Position numbers and translations under genes: made by a program
Assembly: GCA_951406725.2 (NCBI GenBank)
Contig: OX597814.1
Location: forward strand, 69,998,001-70,062,000
Direction: 5' to 3'
Source of the DNA: Octopus vulgaris
Lineage: Eukaryota
Length of the DNA stretch: 64,000 nt
Notes under the pieces: generated by a model
What the model saw: only the letters and a program-made list of their open reading frames with translations
Told to the model about the DNA's origin: nothing
The model's database searches: none
Shown: positions 63,791 to 64,000 of the stretch, in pieces
Position numbering within the stretch: position 1 is the stretch's first letter
Layout of the letters: the number at the start of each line of letters is the position of its first letter

Positions 63791-64000
63791 ATGGAGCTGG
63801 AGCATCTCCAACAATTATAGGCATCCTACTTCCTCTCACAGGTGTTATAGCCACTCATTGAAATGTCCCCAGATGTGTCTGTAAGCATGGAGGATCTCCT
63901 CAGAATCAGTAGTTGCAACCACTCCATCAACCTCACAGGTTGTGTAGTGGGCAGTATGGATGTAGTTTCACTCAACCCATCTATAGACATAGATTTTGTT

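Overview
AT-rich, repeat-dense animal genomic DNA; the SINE and RTE repertoire suggests Octopus (inference). The only host gene is a + strand CARMIL/LRRC16-family gene: eight phase-compatible GT-AG exons (19899-60296) splice into an open frame, and the rest of the window is intron. The introns hold a very young, near-intact Ty3/gypsy element (3683-10401) with a tRNA-Leu PBS and a -1 frameshift signal. They also hold a related solo LTR nested in a mariner relic, CR1-like and RTE LINEs, a decayed Penelope element, non-autonomous Helitrons, MITEs and three tRNA-SINE families. The most notable signal is a set of sequence-unrelated, non-coding fold-back elements, mostly beside (TA)n tracts, whose arms carry minimal type I hammerhead ribozyme motifs. 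All coordinates were read by eye; boundaries of decayed repeats are approximate.
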